Source: Candidatus Eiseniibacteriota bacterium | GTDB lineage: Bacteria > Eisenbacteria > RBG-16-71-46 | Length of the DNA: 64,000 nt | Direction of reading: 5' to 3' | Assembly: GCA_963744995.1 (NCBI GenBank) | Contig: CAVUWA010000002.1 | Coordinates: forward strand, 96,001-160,000 | Part shown: positions 1-10,359 of the stretch, in pieces | How the letters are laid out: every line of letters begins with the position of its first letter | How positions within the stretch are numbered: the stretch's first letter is position 1 | Position numbers and translations under genes: made by a program | The notes under the pieces: generated by a model | Databases searched by the model: none | Told to the model about the DNA's origin: nothing | The model's input: only the letters and a program-made list of their open reading frames with translations

Positions 1-174
1 CTGCAGCGTGCCGCGGCTCTCTTCGGCCAGATCCTGAAGCCCGGCCGCGGCCGTGGTCTGCATGTCCTGACGCACCTGCCACCAGGTGATGACGGTGATC
101 AGAGCGCCGAACGAGAGCATCAGCACCGGGAGCAGGAGGTGACCACGGAGTCCTGGCGTGCGCAGCGCGGTCAT
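1..174 (-). CDS. Partial CDS (5' end only): membrane sensor protein N-terminus, possibly a CHASE-type sensor kinase or cyclase
   Basis: Manual translation from ATG at 174: MTALRTPGLRGHLLLPVLMLSFGALITVITWWQVRQDMQTTAAAGLQDLAEESRGTLQ. One TM helix, then a helical periplasmic segment; runs off the window edge. Confidence 0.5.
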   Translation of the reverse strand, partial: MTALRTPGLRGHLLLPVLMLSFGALITVITWWQVRQDMQTTAAAGLQDLAEESRGTLQ

Positions 175-404
175 CCTGTCTTCGCTCAAGGGCAGCTCCG
201 AAAAAGCCCGTCCGAACGGCAGGCGCCTTCGAGGGGGTCCCGAAGGCCACGTGCCGGGGAGCATCTACCCGCGTCCACCCGCGTGCAAACCGGCGGGCGG
301 TGCCGGGAAGCGGGGGGCCCGCCGGCCGGCGCGGGACCGGTGCACGGCCGGCAGGCGCCACGATCCGCGCCCGCCGGCCGCCGGGCCGGCGCCGGTGGCC
401 ACCG

Positions 405-902
405 TCAGAAGCGGATGCCGCCCTGGACGGCCAGGCGGCTGTCATTGGCGACGACTCCCTTCATCTGCACGAACGGCCGCGCGGCGCCGTAACGCGCCCC
501 GAGACCCGCGAACACGTTGAGACCGACGTCGGTGTCGGTGTCGCGTCCGTCGCGGTCGATGAACAGCACCGCCGGACCGGCACCCATCCAGTATGAAAGG
601 CTCGACTCGGTCGGGAAATCGTAGTGGAAGTCGGGGTTGATCGAGATGACGTTCTCGAAATCGCCGATTGCGACCTCCACGTTCGGATTGAACTTCCACT
701 CGGGCGCGCCGGCGAACGACGTGAGCATGCCGCCGCCGAAGCTCACCGCGTCGGGATCGGTATAGAAGCCGAGGCGCAACTCGGCATCGGTCTGCGCATG
801 TGCGGGGACCACCCACGCCAGCAGACCGAGCAGCAGCATCGTGCCGATCACCCAGATCGCGGGGGAGATGCGTTCGAACGGATGAGGATGCGCATGTCTC
901 AT
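405..902 (-). CDS. Small outer-membrane beta-barrel protein
   Basis: AGGAGG RBS before ATG at 902; signal peptide ending AHA-Q; amphipathic Gly/aromatic strands; C-terminal GGIRF. Confidence 0.75.
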   Translation of the reverse strand: MRHAHPHPFERISPAIWVIGTMLLLGLLAWVVPAHAQTDAELRLGFYTDPDAVSFGGGMLTSFAGAPEWKFNPNVEVAIGDFENVISINPDFHYDFPTESSLSYWMGAGPAVLFIDRDGRDTDTDVGLNVFAGLGARYGAARPFVQMKGVVANDSRLAVQGGIRF

Positions 903-974
903 GTGAATCCTCCTGGTTTCGAGTTCGTGGGCCCGGCATTCGCCCGGGCCTGCGTGCTGCGCCGGGTGGAGAGC

Positions 975-989
975 GCAATGCGCGTGCCA
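975..989 (-). promoter_or_regulatory. Sigma-54 (-24/-12) promoter for the 405-902 gene
   Basis: Minus strand TGGCAC-GCGCA-TTGC, a perfect TGGCAC-N5-TTGC, about 75 bp upstream of the start. Confidence 0.8.
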
Positions 990-1080
990 CGTGACGTCCA
1001 ATCGCACACGGGCTTGTGCCGCACCCTGTTGCGCGGCGGGGCCGGCATGGCGCCCGACGCTCCGAGGCGCCCGGCGATCC

Positions 1081-1094
1081 CTGCAATTTCTTCA
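1081..1094. promoter_or_regulatory. Candidate enhancer (UAS) between divergent sigma-54 promoters
   Basis: CTGCAATTTCTTCA, a variant of the recurrent motif, about 90-115 bp from both promoters. Confidence 0.45.
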
Positions 1095-1195
1095 AACGGC
1101 CCACGCGCGGGGCGTCTTCGGTTCCGCGCGGCTCGGCGCCGTGCCGCGCCACGATCCGGCTGTGCGCACGCGCGTTCCGCCGCGCGCCGCCTGCG

Positions 1196-1210
1196 TGGCA
1201 CGCGCGTTGC
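1196..1210 (+). promoter_or_regulatory. Sigma-54 promoter for the SYLF gene
   Basis: TGGCAC-GCGCG-TTGC, perfect consensus, 76 bp upstream of ATG at 1287. Confidence 0.8.
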
Positions 1211-1286
1211 CCCTCTCGAGGCGCGATCGACGCCGCGTCCGACGACGCGGCGCGGCGCCAGTGGAACCCCAACCACGGAGGGAACC

Positions 1287-2045
1287 ATGCATTCGATTCA
1301 TCGAGGCATCACCGCGAGCCTGTGCGTGGCGCTCGCGTTCGCGCTCGTTTCGTGCGGCTCGACCCGGGCCGACGAGAGCGCTGCCGGTGGCGTGGATCAG
1401 GATGCGGTGCACGCGAAGAACGTCCAGGGCGAAGCCGGCACCGCGCAGATGGCGGCAGCGGTTCTCAACGACGCCGTTGCCGACCCGGATCACTCGATCC
1501 CGCAGTCGCTGCTCGACCGGGCGCAGGGCATCGTCGTGGTGCCGGGCGTGACGAAGGCCGCGCTCGGGATCGGCGGACAGTGGGGCAAAGGGCTCGCGGT
1601 CGAGCGGCTCGCTGACGGCGGCTGGTCCGCGCCGGCCTACGTGTCGATCGGCGGCGCCAGCTACGGCTTCCAGATCGGCGCACAATCGACCGACCTGGTT
1701 CTGGTGTTCACCGGCGAGAGCGGGTTGAAGGCGCTGATCGACGACCACCTGAAGCTCGGCGCCGACGTTTCGATCGCCGCGGGACCGGTGGGCCGCAACG
1801 TGGAGTTCGGGACCAACCTGACCATGGATTCGGCGATCTACTCGTACTCGCGCACCGAGGGGCTGTTCGCGGGCGCCTCGCTGGACGGCGCCGTGCTCGA
1901 GTTCGACGAGGATCGCAACCACGCCATCTACGGCGCGGACGTGACGGCGGCCGACCTGCTCTCCGGAAAGGTGGCGCCGGTGCCGGCCGCCGCACCGTTC
2001 CGCCGCGCGGTGGCGGCGCACACCCCGCCGCAGGCCGCATCGTGA
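1287..2045 (+). CDS. Lipid-binding SYLF/Ysc84 domain lipoprotein
   Basis: GGAGG RBS; lipobox LVSC; motifs IPQSLLDRAQG, GGQWGKG, WSAP, GFQIGAQSTDLVLV, YSRTEGLFAG. Confidence 0.9.
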   Translation: MHSIHRGITASLCVALAFALVSCGSTRADESAAGGVDQDAVHAKNVQGEAGTAQMAAAVLNDAVADPDHSIPQSLLDRAQGIVVVPGVTKAALGIGGQWGKGLAVERLADGGWSAPAYVSIGGASYGFQIGAQSTDLVLVFTGESGLKALIDDHLKLGADVSIAAGPVGRNVEFGTNLTMDSAIYSYSRTEGLFAGASLDGAVLEFDEDRNHAIYGADVTAADLLSGKVAPVPAAAPFRRAVAAHTPPQAAS

Positions 2046-2154
2046 CGCCACTTTGTAGAAACGGCGTCGCTCCGTGACGTTCGTGGACGCGTGGCACGGC
2101 CGCCCTCGACGGGCGGCGCGTGATCGCGCAACACGTTACGTGGATGCGCGCGCC

Positions 2155-2169
2155 CGGCACGCCCCGTGC
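2155..2169 (+). promoter_or_regulatory. Probable sigma-54 promoter
   Basis: CGGCAC-GCCCC-GTGC (GG-N10-GC), about 60 bp upstream of ATG at 2228. Confidence 0.5.
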
Positions 2170-2227
2170 TCCGGACGGTGGCGGCCGGGACATGCGTGAG
2201 CACCCACATCACCAAGGAGACATCGTC

Positions 2228-3097
2228 ATGCGCAGACCCGTCATGTTCGGAATGATCGCCGTCATGGTCGTGCTGGCCGGAGCCGGGACGTGGGCGTACG
2301 CCAAGTACCGGACCCGCACCCACGAGTATCAGACCCTGCAGAGCGAGAACCAGCAGACCCGCGACCGCTACGGCGAGGCGATCGGCGAAATCGCAGCGAT
2401 CCAGGACAGCCTGAACGCGATCGTGCTCGGACCGGAGGAGGCCCGCATGGTCTCGAACCTCGATTCCGAATCGAAGCTCACCGAGTCCGAGGGCGACCGC
2501 GCGCTGGCGCGCATCTCGGTCATCAAGGCGGGCATCGAGCGCACCAAGACGCGCATCGAGCAGCTGGACCGCGATCTGAAATCGCGTGGCGTCAAGATCG
2601 CCGGCCTGCAGAAGATGATCGGCAATCTCAAGCACAGCGTGGCCGAGAAGGAAGAGCGCGTCGCCGCGCTCACCGCGCAGGTGGACACGCTGCAGAACAG
2701 AGTGACCGTGCTCGCGACGCACGTCGAAGAGCAGGATCAGACGATCCAGGAGCAGAGCGAGAACATCGAAGCCAGGCGCAAGGAGGCGAGTACGGTCTAC
2801 TACGTGGTCGGCACCAAGAAGGAGCTGACCGAAGCGGGCGCGATCACGGCCACCGGCGGCCTGCTCGGGATCGGCAAGACGCTCGAGCCGACGGGCACGC
2901 TGAGCACCGCGGAAGCGAAGCCCGTGGACACGGACTACCAGACGGTGATCCGCATTCCTTCCGAGAAGGTCGAAGTCATCAGCGCGCAGCCGCCGGAGAG
3001 CTACCGCCTGCAGGTGGTCGGCGATCAGACCGAGCTGACGATCGTGGATCCGGTGGCGTTCCGTGCGGTGAAGCAACTGATCGTGATGACCGGGTAG
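2228..3097 (+). CDS. Membrane-anchored coiled-coil protein (Cbp1-like family)
   Basis: AAGGAG RBS; N-terminal TM; long heptad coiled coil; C-terminal domain with YYVVGTKKEL..GG.LG.GK and SAQPPESY..L.I.DP..F. Confidence 0.7.
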   Translation: MRRPVMFGMIAVMVVLAGAGTWAYAKYRTRTHEYQTLQSENQQTRDRYGEAIGEIAAIQDSLNAIVLGPEEARMVSNLDSESKLTESEGDRALARISVIKAGIERTKTRIEQLDRDLKSRGVKIAGLQKMIGNLKHSVAEKEERVAALTAQVDTLQNRVTVLATHVEEQDQTIQEQSENIEARRKEASTVYYVVGTKKELTEAGAITATGGLLGIGKTLEPTGTLSTAEAKPVDTDYQTVIRIPSEKVEVISAQPPESYRLQVVGDQTELTIVDPVAFRAVKQLIVMTG

Positions 3098-3136
3098 TGA
3101 CGCCCGGTGACGCGGGGTGCGGGACCCCCGCGTGGC

Positions 3137-3165
3137 GGCGGCCGCCCCTCGATGGGGCGGCCGCC
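3137..3165. terminator. GC-rich hairpin between convergent genes
   Basis: GGCGGCCGCCCC-TCGAT-GGGGCGGCCGCC, a perfect 12-bp stem with no U-tract. Confidence 0.5.
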
Positions 3166-3203
3166 CGTCGTGTACCGGGCGCCCGGGCGAACGGCGCCGC
3201 CGC

Positions 3204-5633
3204 TCACCACCTCGCCGCCACGCTCGCGCGGATCGTGCGCGGCTCGTCGTAGAGCCGCGGGTCGTGGACCGGCACCCACTGCGGCGTGTCGCTCTCGGTC
3301 GACCAGTAGGCACCGCCGCCAAGTCCGGTCGCGGTGCGATACGCGCCGTAGTCGTCGTACGTGGTGTTCACGGTCGGGCTCGGGTAGCCGTCGAGCGTCG
3401 CGCTGTGCTCGGCGCGATGATCGAACGCATTGCGGATCTCGATGCCGAGGGTCGCCCACGGCAGCAGCGCCGGTGACCACCGGGCGCTGAGGTGCGTCGC
3501 CTCGGTCCACTCCAGGCGGCGGCTGTTGATCAGCGCGGGGTCCTCGAGCGGCTGGCGAAACGGTTTCGGCGTCCACGGGAACGCCGAGCCGACGCTGCTC
3601 GTCCATGCCAGCGTCCAGCGCCGGCCGGGCTGCCAGACGGCGCTCGCGGTGAGCGAGTGGCGGCGGTCCCAGGACAGCGGTGCATCCACGATCGGCGGAA
3701 CCACGGCGCCGCGCAGGGGCCCGTACGGATCGCCCTCGGGCCGCGACTCGTTGCCCCATGCCTCCATCCACGTGTAGTGCGCCTCGAAGCGGCGCGCTCC
3801 GCCGCCGGCGTGGAGCAGGCTCAGCTCGAAGCCGAGCGTGTGCGCCTCGTCGGCGTCGGTGAACACGAGCGCGCCCGGGCCCGCGGGAATCGACTGCCAG
3901 CGCGTGCCGACGAGGCCGTAGAGATCGCGGTAGAACAGCGAGGCCTGGAACGCCCACGCGACCGAAAGCAGATGGCGCAGCGAGGCCTCGTACGAGACCA
4001 GCGTCGCCGGTCCCATCGCCGGATTGCCGAGCGGGCGCCGGTTGCTGATCACCCGACGGTCGTCGTACAGGAAATCGCGCGCGGGCGCCTGCTGGACCCT
4101 GGCGTAGGCGAGCGAGAACACGTCCTTCACCGAGATCGGGTACGCGATGCCGAGCCGGGGCGAGAACGACCAGATGCCGCCGCCGCGGCCGGGCAGCGTC
4201 TGCTCGTCTCCCGCTGCGCCGGCGGTGAAGTACTCGGCGCGCAGGCCGGCGTTCAGCACCATGCCCTCGCTGATCCAGCGGCCCTGCGCGTAGGCGAATC
4301 CGCCCGGGGCCCGTGCGTGGTAGCTGCGGATCGAGTCGTACGGTGCGCCCTCGCCGCCCACCAGCCATGCGACCGGGAACCACTCGTACTCGAACGTCGA
4401 GACGTCCTCGTACGTCAAGCCGGCACCGGTCGAGAGCGCGCCGTGCGACCTGGTCACCTTGCCGTCGGCGCGCAGCGTCAGAACGTCGCTGTCGGATTCG
4501 CGGTAGAGCGGGTAGTCGCCCCACACCACGTAGAACTCGTCGCCGCCGTCGACCGGCCCGTACGAAGGCCAGTGCTCGCCCCGGCTCGACGGCCGGTCAC
4601 CGCCGACCGACAGCGTCTGGCGCGTGCGCTGCCAGCCGAGCGTCACGCGGCCGTGCGCCGGTCCGCGCGCGGCCGAAGCCGAAAGGAGCGTCGCCAGACG
4701 GCGCGTGTCGGTGATGCCCATGTGGTCGGCGGCGCGATAGCGCTCGTAGCCGGGCAGGTAGACGGGGCTGAAGGTGCGCGGACCCTTGGGCGAGGCGGGC
4801 ACCGAGGTCCAGCCGTCGAGCGACCAGTTGGGGCTGTACGGTTCCTCCACTTCACGGCTGCCGAGGACCTGCAGGGAGAAGCGCTCGGGGTGCTTCACGG
4901 GGGCGAGCTTCGCGAAGCCGAGCAGGTGATTCTCGGCGCGCCACCCGAGCGACAGGCCGAGCAGCGAGGTGCGATTGAAGCTGCGCAGGGTCGGCAGCGC
5001 GGTGTCGTCGAGCGTGAGGTCGGCCGCCGCTGCGAGGCCGAGCCCGCCGGCCGGCAGCGGGCCGCGGGCGAGCGCCGCGACACGGTCGAAATGGGTGCCG
5101 AGCCGCGCGTCGCTCTGCCAGCGCGTCTCGAACACCGGGGCGGGCGACGGGTCCACGGTTTCCAGGTCGATCGTGCCGGCGAGCCCGCTGGCGAAGGACG
5201 CGTCCGGCGCCCCGCTCACGAGATCGGCGCGCCGGACGGCGGAGAGCGGCACGCGCATCGCCCGTCCGCTGATCGGATCATCGAGCGGCACGCCGTCGAG
5301 GCTCAGCGTGGTCTCGCCCGCGCGGCCGCCGCGCACGTGGAGATCGCCCGCCTGCGCCACGACGCCGGCCTGGAGCGCGAGCGCCTGGGCGAGGTCGTTC
5401 ACCGGCAGGTCGTGCAGGGCGGCCGCGCCGATCGGGTGCACGGTCTGACTCGAGAGCATGTCCGGGAGCAGCGCATAGACCTCGACCGGGGCGAGGATCC
5501 GCACCACCCGGGCGGAGTCGCCGCGCGCGGCGGTCGAGTCGTCACGTGCGACCGCCGCGGAATCGGGCGGCGGGCCGCCCGGGGCGGCGGGCGACAGGGC
5601 GGCGAGCAGCAGGACGGCGGCGACAGCGGGCAT
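3204..5633 (-). CDS. TonB-dependent outer-membrane receptor
   Basis: Signal peptide; plug motif LHVRGGRAGET..LDGVP; barrel motifs LNAGLRAEYF, FSPRLGIAYP, GNPAMGP; C-terminal PRTIRASVAARW. Start is uncertain. Confidence 0.85.
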   Translation of the reverse strand: MPAVAAVLLLAALSPAAPGGPPPDSAAVARDDSTAARGDSARVVRILAPVEVYALLPDMLSSQTVHPIGAAALHDLPVNDLAQALALQAGVVAQAGDLHVRGGRAGETTLSLDGVPLDDPISGRAMRVPLSAVRRADLVSGAPDASFASGLAGTIDLETVDPSPAPVFETRWQSDARLGTHFDRVAALARGPLPAGGLGLAAAADLTLDDTALPTLRSFNRTSLLGLSLGWRAENHLLGFAKLAPVKHPERFSLQVLGSREVEEPYSPNWSLDGWTSVPASPKGPRTFSPVYLPGYERYRAADHMGITDTRRLATLLSASAARGPAHGRVTLGWQRTRQTLSVGGDRPSSRGEHWPSYGPVDGGDEFYVVWGDYPLYRESDSDVLTLRADGKVTRSHGALSTGAGLTYEDVSTFEYEWFPVAWLVGGEGAPYDSIRSYHARAPGGFAYAQGRWISEGMVLNAGLRAEYFTAGAAGDEQTLPGRGGGIWSFSPRLGIAYPISVKDVFSLAYARVQQAPARDFLYDDRRVISNRRPLGNPAMGPATLVSYEASLRHLLSVAWAFQASLFYRDLYGLVGTRWQSIPAGPGALVFTDADEAHTLGFELSLLHAGGGARRFEAHYTWMEAWGNESRPEGDPYGPLRGAVVPPIVDAPLSWDRRHSLTASAVWQPGRRWTLAWTSSVGSAFPWTPKPFRQPLEDPALINSRRLEWTEATHLSARWSPALLPWATLGIEIRNAFDHRAEHSATLDGYPSPTVNTTYDDYGAYRTATGLGGGAYWSTESDTPQWVPVHDPRLYDEPRTIRASVAARW

Positions 5634-5711
5634 CGAAGCTCCATGGATCGAGCCGCGCCCGCGGGACGAACGCAATGCGGCCGGGCTCTTCGAGGCCCGG
5701 CCAGCGCAGAA

Positions 5712-5740
5712 AGGCTACCGCGCTCCCTTCAGGAATTCAA
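5712..5740 (-). promoter_or_regulatory. Putative sigma-70 promoter of the TBDR gene
   Basis: Minus strand TTGAAT-17 nt-TAGCCT in an AT-richer patch. Confidence 0.4.
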
Positions 5741-5860
5741 TGTGAATGGAACGGTGGGCGCGAGGGTGGGCGGTGCCGCATGCGCGCGGGGCGGGCGACG
5801 GCGTGCACCACGCGGGCCCCGTGCTCCTGCGGCCACCCGGGGCGCGGCCCTCCGCTGCGC

Positions 5861-6835
5861 TCAGGCCTTCGACGTCTCGGACGCCGTGGCTTCGGCGTGC
5901 GCCTGCGCTTCCAGCCAGCGCTCGGCGTCGATCGCCGCCATGCAGCCCGTGCCCGCCGCGGTCACCGCCTGACGGTAGACCGAGTCGGCCACGTCGCCCG
6001 CGGCGAACACGCCCTCGATCTCCGTCTTCGACGTGCCCGGCCGGACCTTCAGGTAACCGGCCTTGTCCATCGGCATCTGGCCCTCGAGGAATCGGGTGTT
6101 GGGCTGATGTCCGATCGCGATGAACACGCCGTCGGTCGCGTGTTCGGTGACCTCGCCGGTCTCGACGTCGCGGATCTTCACGCCGGTGACCTTCTTCGGA
6201 TCGCCGCCGAGGATCTCGACGATCTCGCTGTTCCAGAGGAACGAGATCTTCGGATTCTTGAGTGCGCGCTCCTGCATGATCTTGGACGCGCGCAGCTCGG
6301 CGCGCCGGTGCACCACGGTGACCTCCGCGAACTTGGTCAGGAAGTTCGCCTCCTCCATCGCGGTATCGCCGCCGCCCACGACCATGACCTTCTTGCCCCG
6401 GAAGAAGAAGCCGTCGCAGGTCGCGCATGCGGACACGCCGAAGCCCATGAGCTTTGACTCGCTCTCGAGCCCGAGCAGCTTCGCGGAGGCGCCGGTCGCG
6501 ATGATCAGCGCTTTCGCGCGGTACGTCTCGCCGTCATCCGCCTTCACGGTGAACGGGCGTTTCGAGAGGTCGACCGACTGCGCCGATGCGGCGATCATCT
6601 TCGTCCCGAAGCGCTGTGCCTGCTCGCGCATGATCTCCATGAGTTCGGGGCCCTGGATGCCGTCGCGAAAGCCCGGGTAGTTCTCGACCTCGGTCGTGAT
6701 CGTGAGCTGTCCGCCGGGCTGGTGCCCGATCAGCATCACGGGCTCGAGATTGGCGCGCGCCGCGTAGAGCGCCGCGGTGTAGCCGGCCGGGCCGGCGCCC
6801 AGAATCAGGATGTTGTGCGCGTCGGACAAGGTCAT
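5861..6835 (-). CDS. trxB: Thioredoxin-disulfide reductase
   Basis: GAGPAG FAD motif, GGQL..TT.VENYPG, active site [34 protein letters not shown]. Confidence 0.97.
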   Translation of the reverse strand: MTLSDAHNILILGAGPAGYTAALYAARANLEPVMLIGHQPGGQLTITTEVENYPGFRDGIQGPELMEIMREQAQRFGTKMIAASAQSVDLSKRPFTVKADDGETYRAKALIIATGASAKLLGLESESKLMGFGVSACATCDGFFFRGKKVMVVGGGDTAMEEANFLTKFAEVTVVHRRAELRASKIMQERALKNPKISFLWNSEIVEILGGDPKKVTGVKIRDVETGEVTEHATDGVFIAIGHQPNTRFLEGQMPMDKAGYLKVRPGTSKTEIEGVFAAGDVADSVYRQAVTAAGTGCMAAIDAERWLEAQAHAEATASETSKA

Positions 6836-7102
6836 CTCCAGGAAAGGGCCAACGACAGGCGCCGGGGGAGTCTAGAGCAGCCCGAGCCGGACCGGAAACC
6901 GCTCTTGTGATGCGCCGGCGGTGCGTGGCGATGCCCCGCAGGCGATGCCACCATGGTGGACCCGGTCCGGCGGGCCCGCGCACCGCGGGCCGGGCGCTCA
7001 GCCGCCGCGCATTTCCGGCCGCAGACCTGACAAGGCATTGACGCCGTGGCGCGCGCGGGGATTGTGGACGCGCCGTTCGAGCCGTTAGACTTTTCGCCCG
7101 AC

Positions 7103-8083
7103 ATGAAGACCCCGTGGATTGTCCCGCTCCTTGCGCTCGCGGCGGCGTTCGCCGCGCCGCCCGCGCGCGCCGCGGCGCCGCCGCCCGCGAAGTCCGCCGC
7201 CCCTGCTTCGGAGCGTCCGGCCATCGACGGCGTGCTGAAAGCCTTCGCGCATTCCGACATCGTGACGCTCGGCGAGCGGCCGTGGAGCCGGCTCGACAGC
7301 GACTTCCGCGACGCCCTGATCGCCGACCGGCGTTTCGCCGATGTCGTCGACGACATCGTGGTCGAGTTCGCCAATGCGCGCTACCAGCCGCTGATCGACC
7401 GCTACGTGCTCGACATCGCCCTGGTGCCGCGTGATTCGCTGCGAAAAGTGTGGGAAGACAGCTCGGTCCCGGGCGCCTGGGACTCGCCGGTCTACTCCTT
7501 CCTCCTCGACGCCGTGCGGCGCGTAAACCAGTTCCGGCCGCGCGACCGGCGCGTACGCGTGCTTGCCGGCGATCCGCCGATCGACTGGTCGCAGGTGACC
7601 TCCGCCGCGGACCTGCAGTCCTTCGGCGCGCGCGGCGCCTACGTGCTCGACGTCATCGACCGTGAGGTGATCGCGAAGAAGCACAAGGCGCTCATCGTCT
7701 ACGGCGCGCGCAACTTCTTCCGCCGCGACCGCGGCACGATCGCGGACGGCAACATCACCACGATCCTCGAACAGCGCCACCCGGACCTCCGGGTGTTCGT
7801 CGTCGGCACGGTGCCGGACCGCTCGCCGGCTCAGGCGCGGCTCGATTCGACGTTGACGCTGCCGGCGCGTCCGGTGCTGGTCCGGCTCGCCGATTCCAGG
7901 ATCGGCACCTGGCCGACGTCGACGATCTACCCGTTCGGCGACGGCATGCTGTCGGAGATGGCCGATGCGCTGCTGTACTTCGGCCATGTCGACGACGATC
8001 TCGTGCGGCCGAGCGACCGGATCACGCGCGACGTCGTCTACCGGAAGGAAGTCGAGCGCCGCAAGGCGCTGCTCGACCGCTAG
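7103..8083 (+). CDS. Secreted hypothetical protein, possibly Tiki/ChaN/EreA-like fold
   Basis: Signal peptide; IVTLGE, IVVEF.N, RVLAGDPPIDW and DALLYFG motifs; strong GC3 coding bias. Confidence 0.6.
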   Translation: MKTPWIVPLLALAAAFAAPPARAAAPPPAKSAAPASERPAIDGVLKAFAHSDIVTLGERPWSRLDSDFRDALIADRRFADVVDDIVVEFANARYQPLIDRYVLDIALVPRDSLRKVWEDSSVPGAWDSPVYSFLLDAVRRVNQFRPRDRRVRVLAGDPPIDWSQVTSAADLQSFGARGAYVLDVIDREVIAKKHKALIVYGARNFFRRDRGTIADGNITTILEQRHPDLRVFVVGTVPDRSPAQARLDSTLTLPARPVLVRLADSRIGTWPTSTIYPFGDGMLSEMADALLYFGHVDDDLVRPSDRITRDVVYRKEVERRKALLDR

Positions 8084-8098
8084 GCTGCAGGCGCAGCC

Positions 8099-8722
8099 TC
8101 AGGGCGCGTCGTCGGGCGGCGGCATGGCCGGGCGTCCGCGACGTCCGCGTCCGAGCGGGCCGCCGAAGCGCATCATGTCGAGGTAGCGGGCGCGCTGGCC
8201 CGGCTCGAGCACGCCGGCCTCCGCGATCATGTTCTCGGTGATGCGGGCCTCGATGCGCGCGTTGATCTCGCTCAGCCGCGCGGAGGCCGTGCGCACGGCG
8301 CCCGCGTCGATGCGGGGCGCGCCGAGCAGGTCGTGGATCCGACCGCGCTGCGCACGTGCTTCGCGGCGCAGGCTGTCGAGCTCGGCGAAACGCGACGTGG
8401 CGATCCCGCGCAGCCGCTCCACCTGCGCGTCGCTGAGGTCGAGCCGCCGGGTCATGTGCTCGAGGCGCCGCTCGAGCATCCGCCGATAGGGCGGCTGGGC
8501 ATCGTTGCCGGGAGCGCCGTCCATGTCGTGGCCCGCACCGCCGTTCCTTCCCGGAGCGCCGTCCCTGTCCGGCTCGCGCATGCCGCGCATCCCGCGGTCG
8601 CCGGGCGCGCGATCGTGCCACGAAGCGCGGCCCGCCGGCCGCGGCTGCGTGAAGTGCTGCCACAGCAGCGCGGCGTTGAGGCCGATCGAGGCCGCCAGCA
8701 GCAGGAGCCAGAGTCGCTTCAC
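8099..8722 (-). CDS. Spy/CpxP-like periplasmic protein (heavy-metal resistance type)
   Basis: N-terminal TM with SIGLN; LDLSDAQ and VLEPGQR LTxxQ-type motifs; overlaps the anti-sigma stop (GTGA). Confidence 0.8.
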   Translation of the reverse strand: MKRLWLLLLAASIGLNAALLWQHFTQPRPAGRASWHDRAPGDRGMRGMREPDRDGAPGRNGGAGHDMDGAPGNDAQPPYRRMLERRLEHMTRRLDLSDAQVERLRGIATSRFAELDSLRREARAQRGRIHDLLGAPRIDAGAVRTASARLSEINARIEARITENMIAEAGVLEPGQRARYLDMMRFGGPLGRGRRGRPAMPPPDDAP

Positions 8723-9171
8723 TGCGCGTTCTCCGTGCCGTTAGAGGTGTCGAAGAAGTACACGTCGCTGAGCGAACGTTCGGGCGACGTGAGCCAGTCG
8801 GTATCGGTCGTGGCCGACGCGGTCATCGACGTCGGATCGGGCGCGACCGCGGCGCCGCGGCCGTCGAAGGCCAGCACGCCGAGCATGAAGCCGCCCGCGA
8901 GCGCGCCGGCGGTCGCCATGGCGAACGTGACATCCAGGATCCGCCGGCGCACCGGGTCGCGCCGTCGCGCGATGGCCGGCCACATGGCGCGCGGCGCGGC
9001 GATGTCCGCGTCGGTGTCGAGCGCGTGCTCGACGGCACGGAACGCATCGGCGGCACGGGCGCACGCGGTGCATTGCGCGAGGTGCGCGGCGACCTGCGCC
9101 CGTGCGATCTCGTCCAGGCGACCGTCGAGATACGCCGGCAGGCGGTCTTCGACGTGCGTTGCGCGGTTCAT
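8719..9171 (-). CDS. Zinc-finger (zf-HC2) membrane anti-sigma factor
   Basis: LPAYLDG.L...HLAQCTAC (HxxxCxxC), then a TM helix; directly downstream of the ECF sigma (ATGA overlap). Confidence 0.88.
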   Translation of the reverse strand: MNRATHVEDRLPAYLDGRLDEIARAQVAAHLAQCTACARAADAFRAVEHALDTDADIAAPRAMWPAIARRRDPVRRRILDVTFAMATAGALAGGFMLGVLAFDGRGAAVAPDPTSMTASATTDTDWLTSPERSLSDVYFFDTSNGTENAQ

Positions 9172-9728
9172 TCCAGCACCCCCTCCTTCGAAAGCTCCAT
9201 TCTAAGCGCCGCCATCGCCCGTGACAGCAGCGATTCCACCGCGGCCACGGTGGTGCCCATGCTGTCGGCGATCTCCTGCTGGCTCATGTCGTGATAGCGC
9301 CTGAGCACCAGGGCTTCGCGCTGGCGCTCGGGCAGCCGCGCGAGCGCGCCGCGCACGACGCGCCGGAGGTCGCCGTGCTCGAGGCGCTCGTCCACCTCCG
9401 GCGCGTCGGAGGCGCGATCGTGCCGCAGCGGATCGAACGCCACCCAGGCGACGATCCTGCGCCGCCTGAGCCGGCTGCGCGCGAGGTTGCCGGCGATCCG
9501 GAACAGCCAGCTGCGGAAGCGCCCCGCGGCCCGGTAGCGGCCGGCCTGCTGGAACACCCGCACGAAGGTCTCCTGTCCGAGATCCTGCGCCTCCTCGCGG
9601 GAGCCCAGCATGCGGGTCAGAAACGCGAAGACGGGACGCTCCCAGCGGGTGACGAGGAGGCGGAACGCCTCCTCGTCACCGCGGGCGCCCCGCGCCATGA
9701 GCTGGTCGTCGATCGAGTCGTCATTCAC
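9168..9728 (-). CDS. ECF RNA polymerase sigma factor
   Basis: GAGGAG RBS + GTG; region 2 AQDLGQETF..FRSWLFRIAGN; region 4 LPERQREALVLR..EIA. Confidence 0.92.
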   Translation of the reverse strand: MNDDSIDDQLMARGARGDEEAFRLLVTRWERPVFAFLTRMLGSREEAQDLGQETFVRVFQQAGRYRAAGRFRSWLFRIAGNLARSRLRRRRIVAWVAFDPLRHDRASDAPEVDERLEHGDLRRVVRGALARLPERQREALVLRRYHDMSQQEIADSMGTTVAAVESLLSRAMAALRMELSKEGVLE

Positions 9729-9804
9729 GACGATACGGGACTCCTCCTCATGACGCGGGATCCTGGCGGATGCGTCCCACGCGGCCGCCAGCGCGCCGCC
9801 GGAA

Positions 9805-10359
9805 CTACGAACCGCCCGGTCCACCGCGCATGCCCCGCGGTCCATGACCGCCCTGCCCCATGCCGCGCCCGTGCGCTCCGCCCGGTCCGCGCTGGCCCCG
9901 ATGCGGACGCGTGAGCCACTGATCGCGCTGTGCCGGCGTGAGCACGTCGAGCATCGCAAGATGCTGCTCCGCGCGGTGCACGCCGAGCTTGGTCCGAACG
10001 CCGCCGATCTGCTCGGCGAGCGTCACGATCTTACGACGATCGGGCTTGTCCTGGAGCATCTCGCCGCGCATCTGGTTGCGCAGCCGCATCAGCTGCTTGC
10101 GCAGCGTCATGCCTTCGGCCCGCCCCTTCTCGCGGAGCTCCTCGAGCTTCGCCTTCTGCGCGTCGCTGAGGTCGAGACCGGCGAACGGGCCGCGCCCCGC
10201 CATCATGCGCATGTGCATGCCGGGGCCCCCGTACCCGCCGCCGTCTTCCCCCGGCGCGGGTGCTTGATCGGAGAACCCCGGCTGCGCCAGGGCGTACGTG
10301 GCCGGGATCAGTACGAGTGCCAGCGCCATCGCGCCGACCCATGAATGCCTTGCGTTCAT
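9805..10359 (-). CDS. Spy/CpxP family periplasmic chaperone
   Basis: AAGGAGG RBS; signal peptide; LDLSDAQK and VLTPAQR motifs; Gly/Met/Arg-rich flanks. Confidence 0.88.
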   Translation of the reverse strand: MNARHSWVGAMALALVLIPATYALAQPGFSDQAPAPGEDGGGYGGPGMHMRMMAGRGPFAGLDLSDAQKAKLEELREKGRAEGMTLRKQLMRLRNQMRGEMLQDKPDRRKIVTLAEQIGGVRTKLGVHRAEQHLAMLDVLTPAQRDQWLTRPHRGQRGPGGAHGRGMGQGGHGPRGMRGGPGGS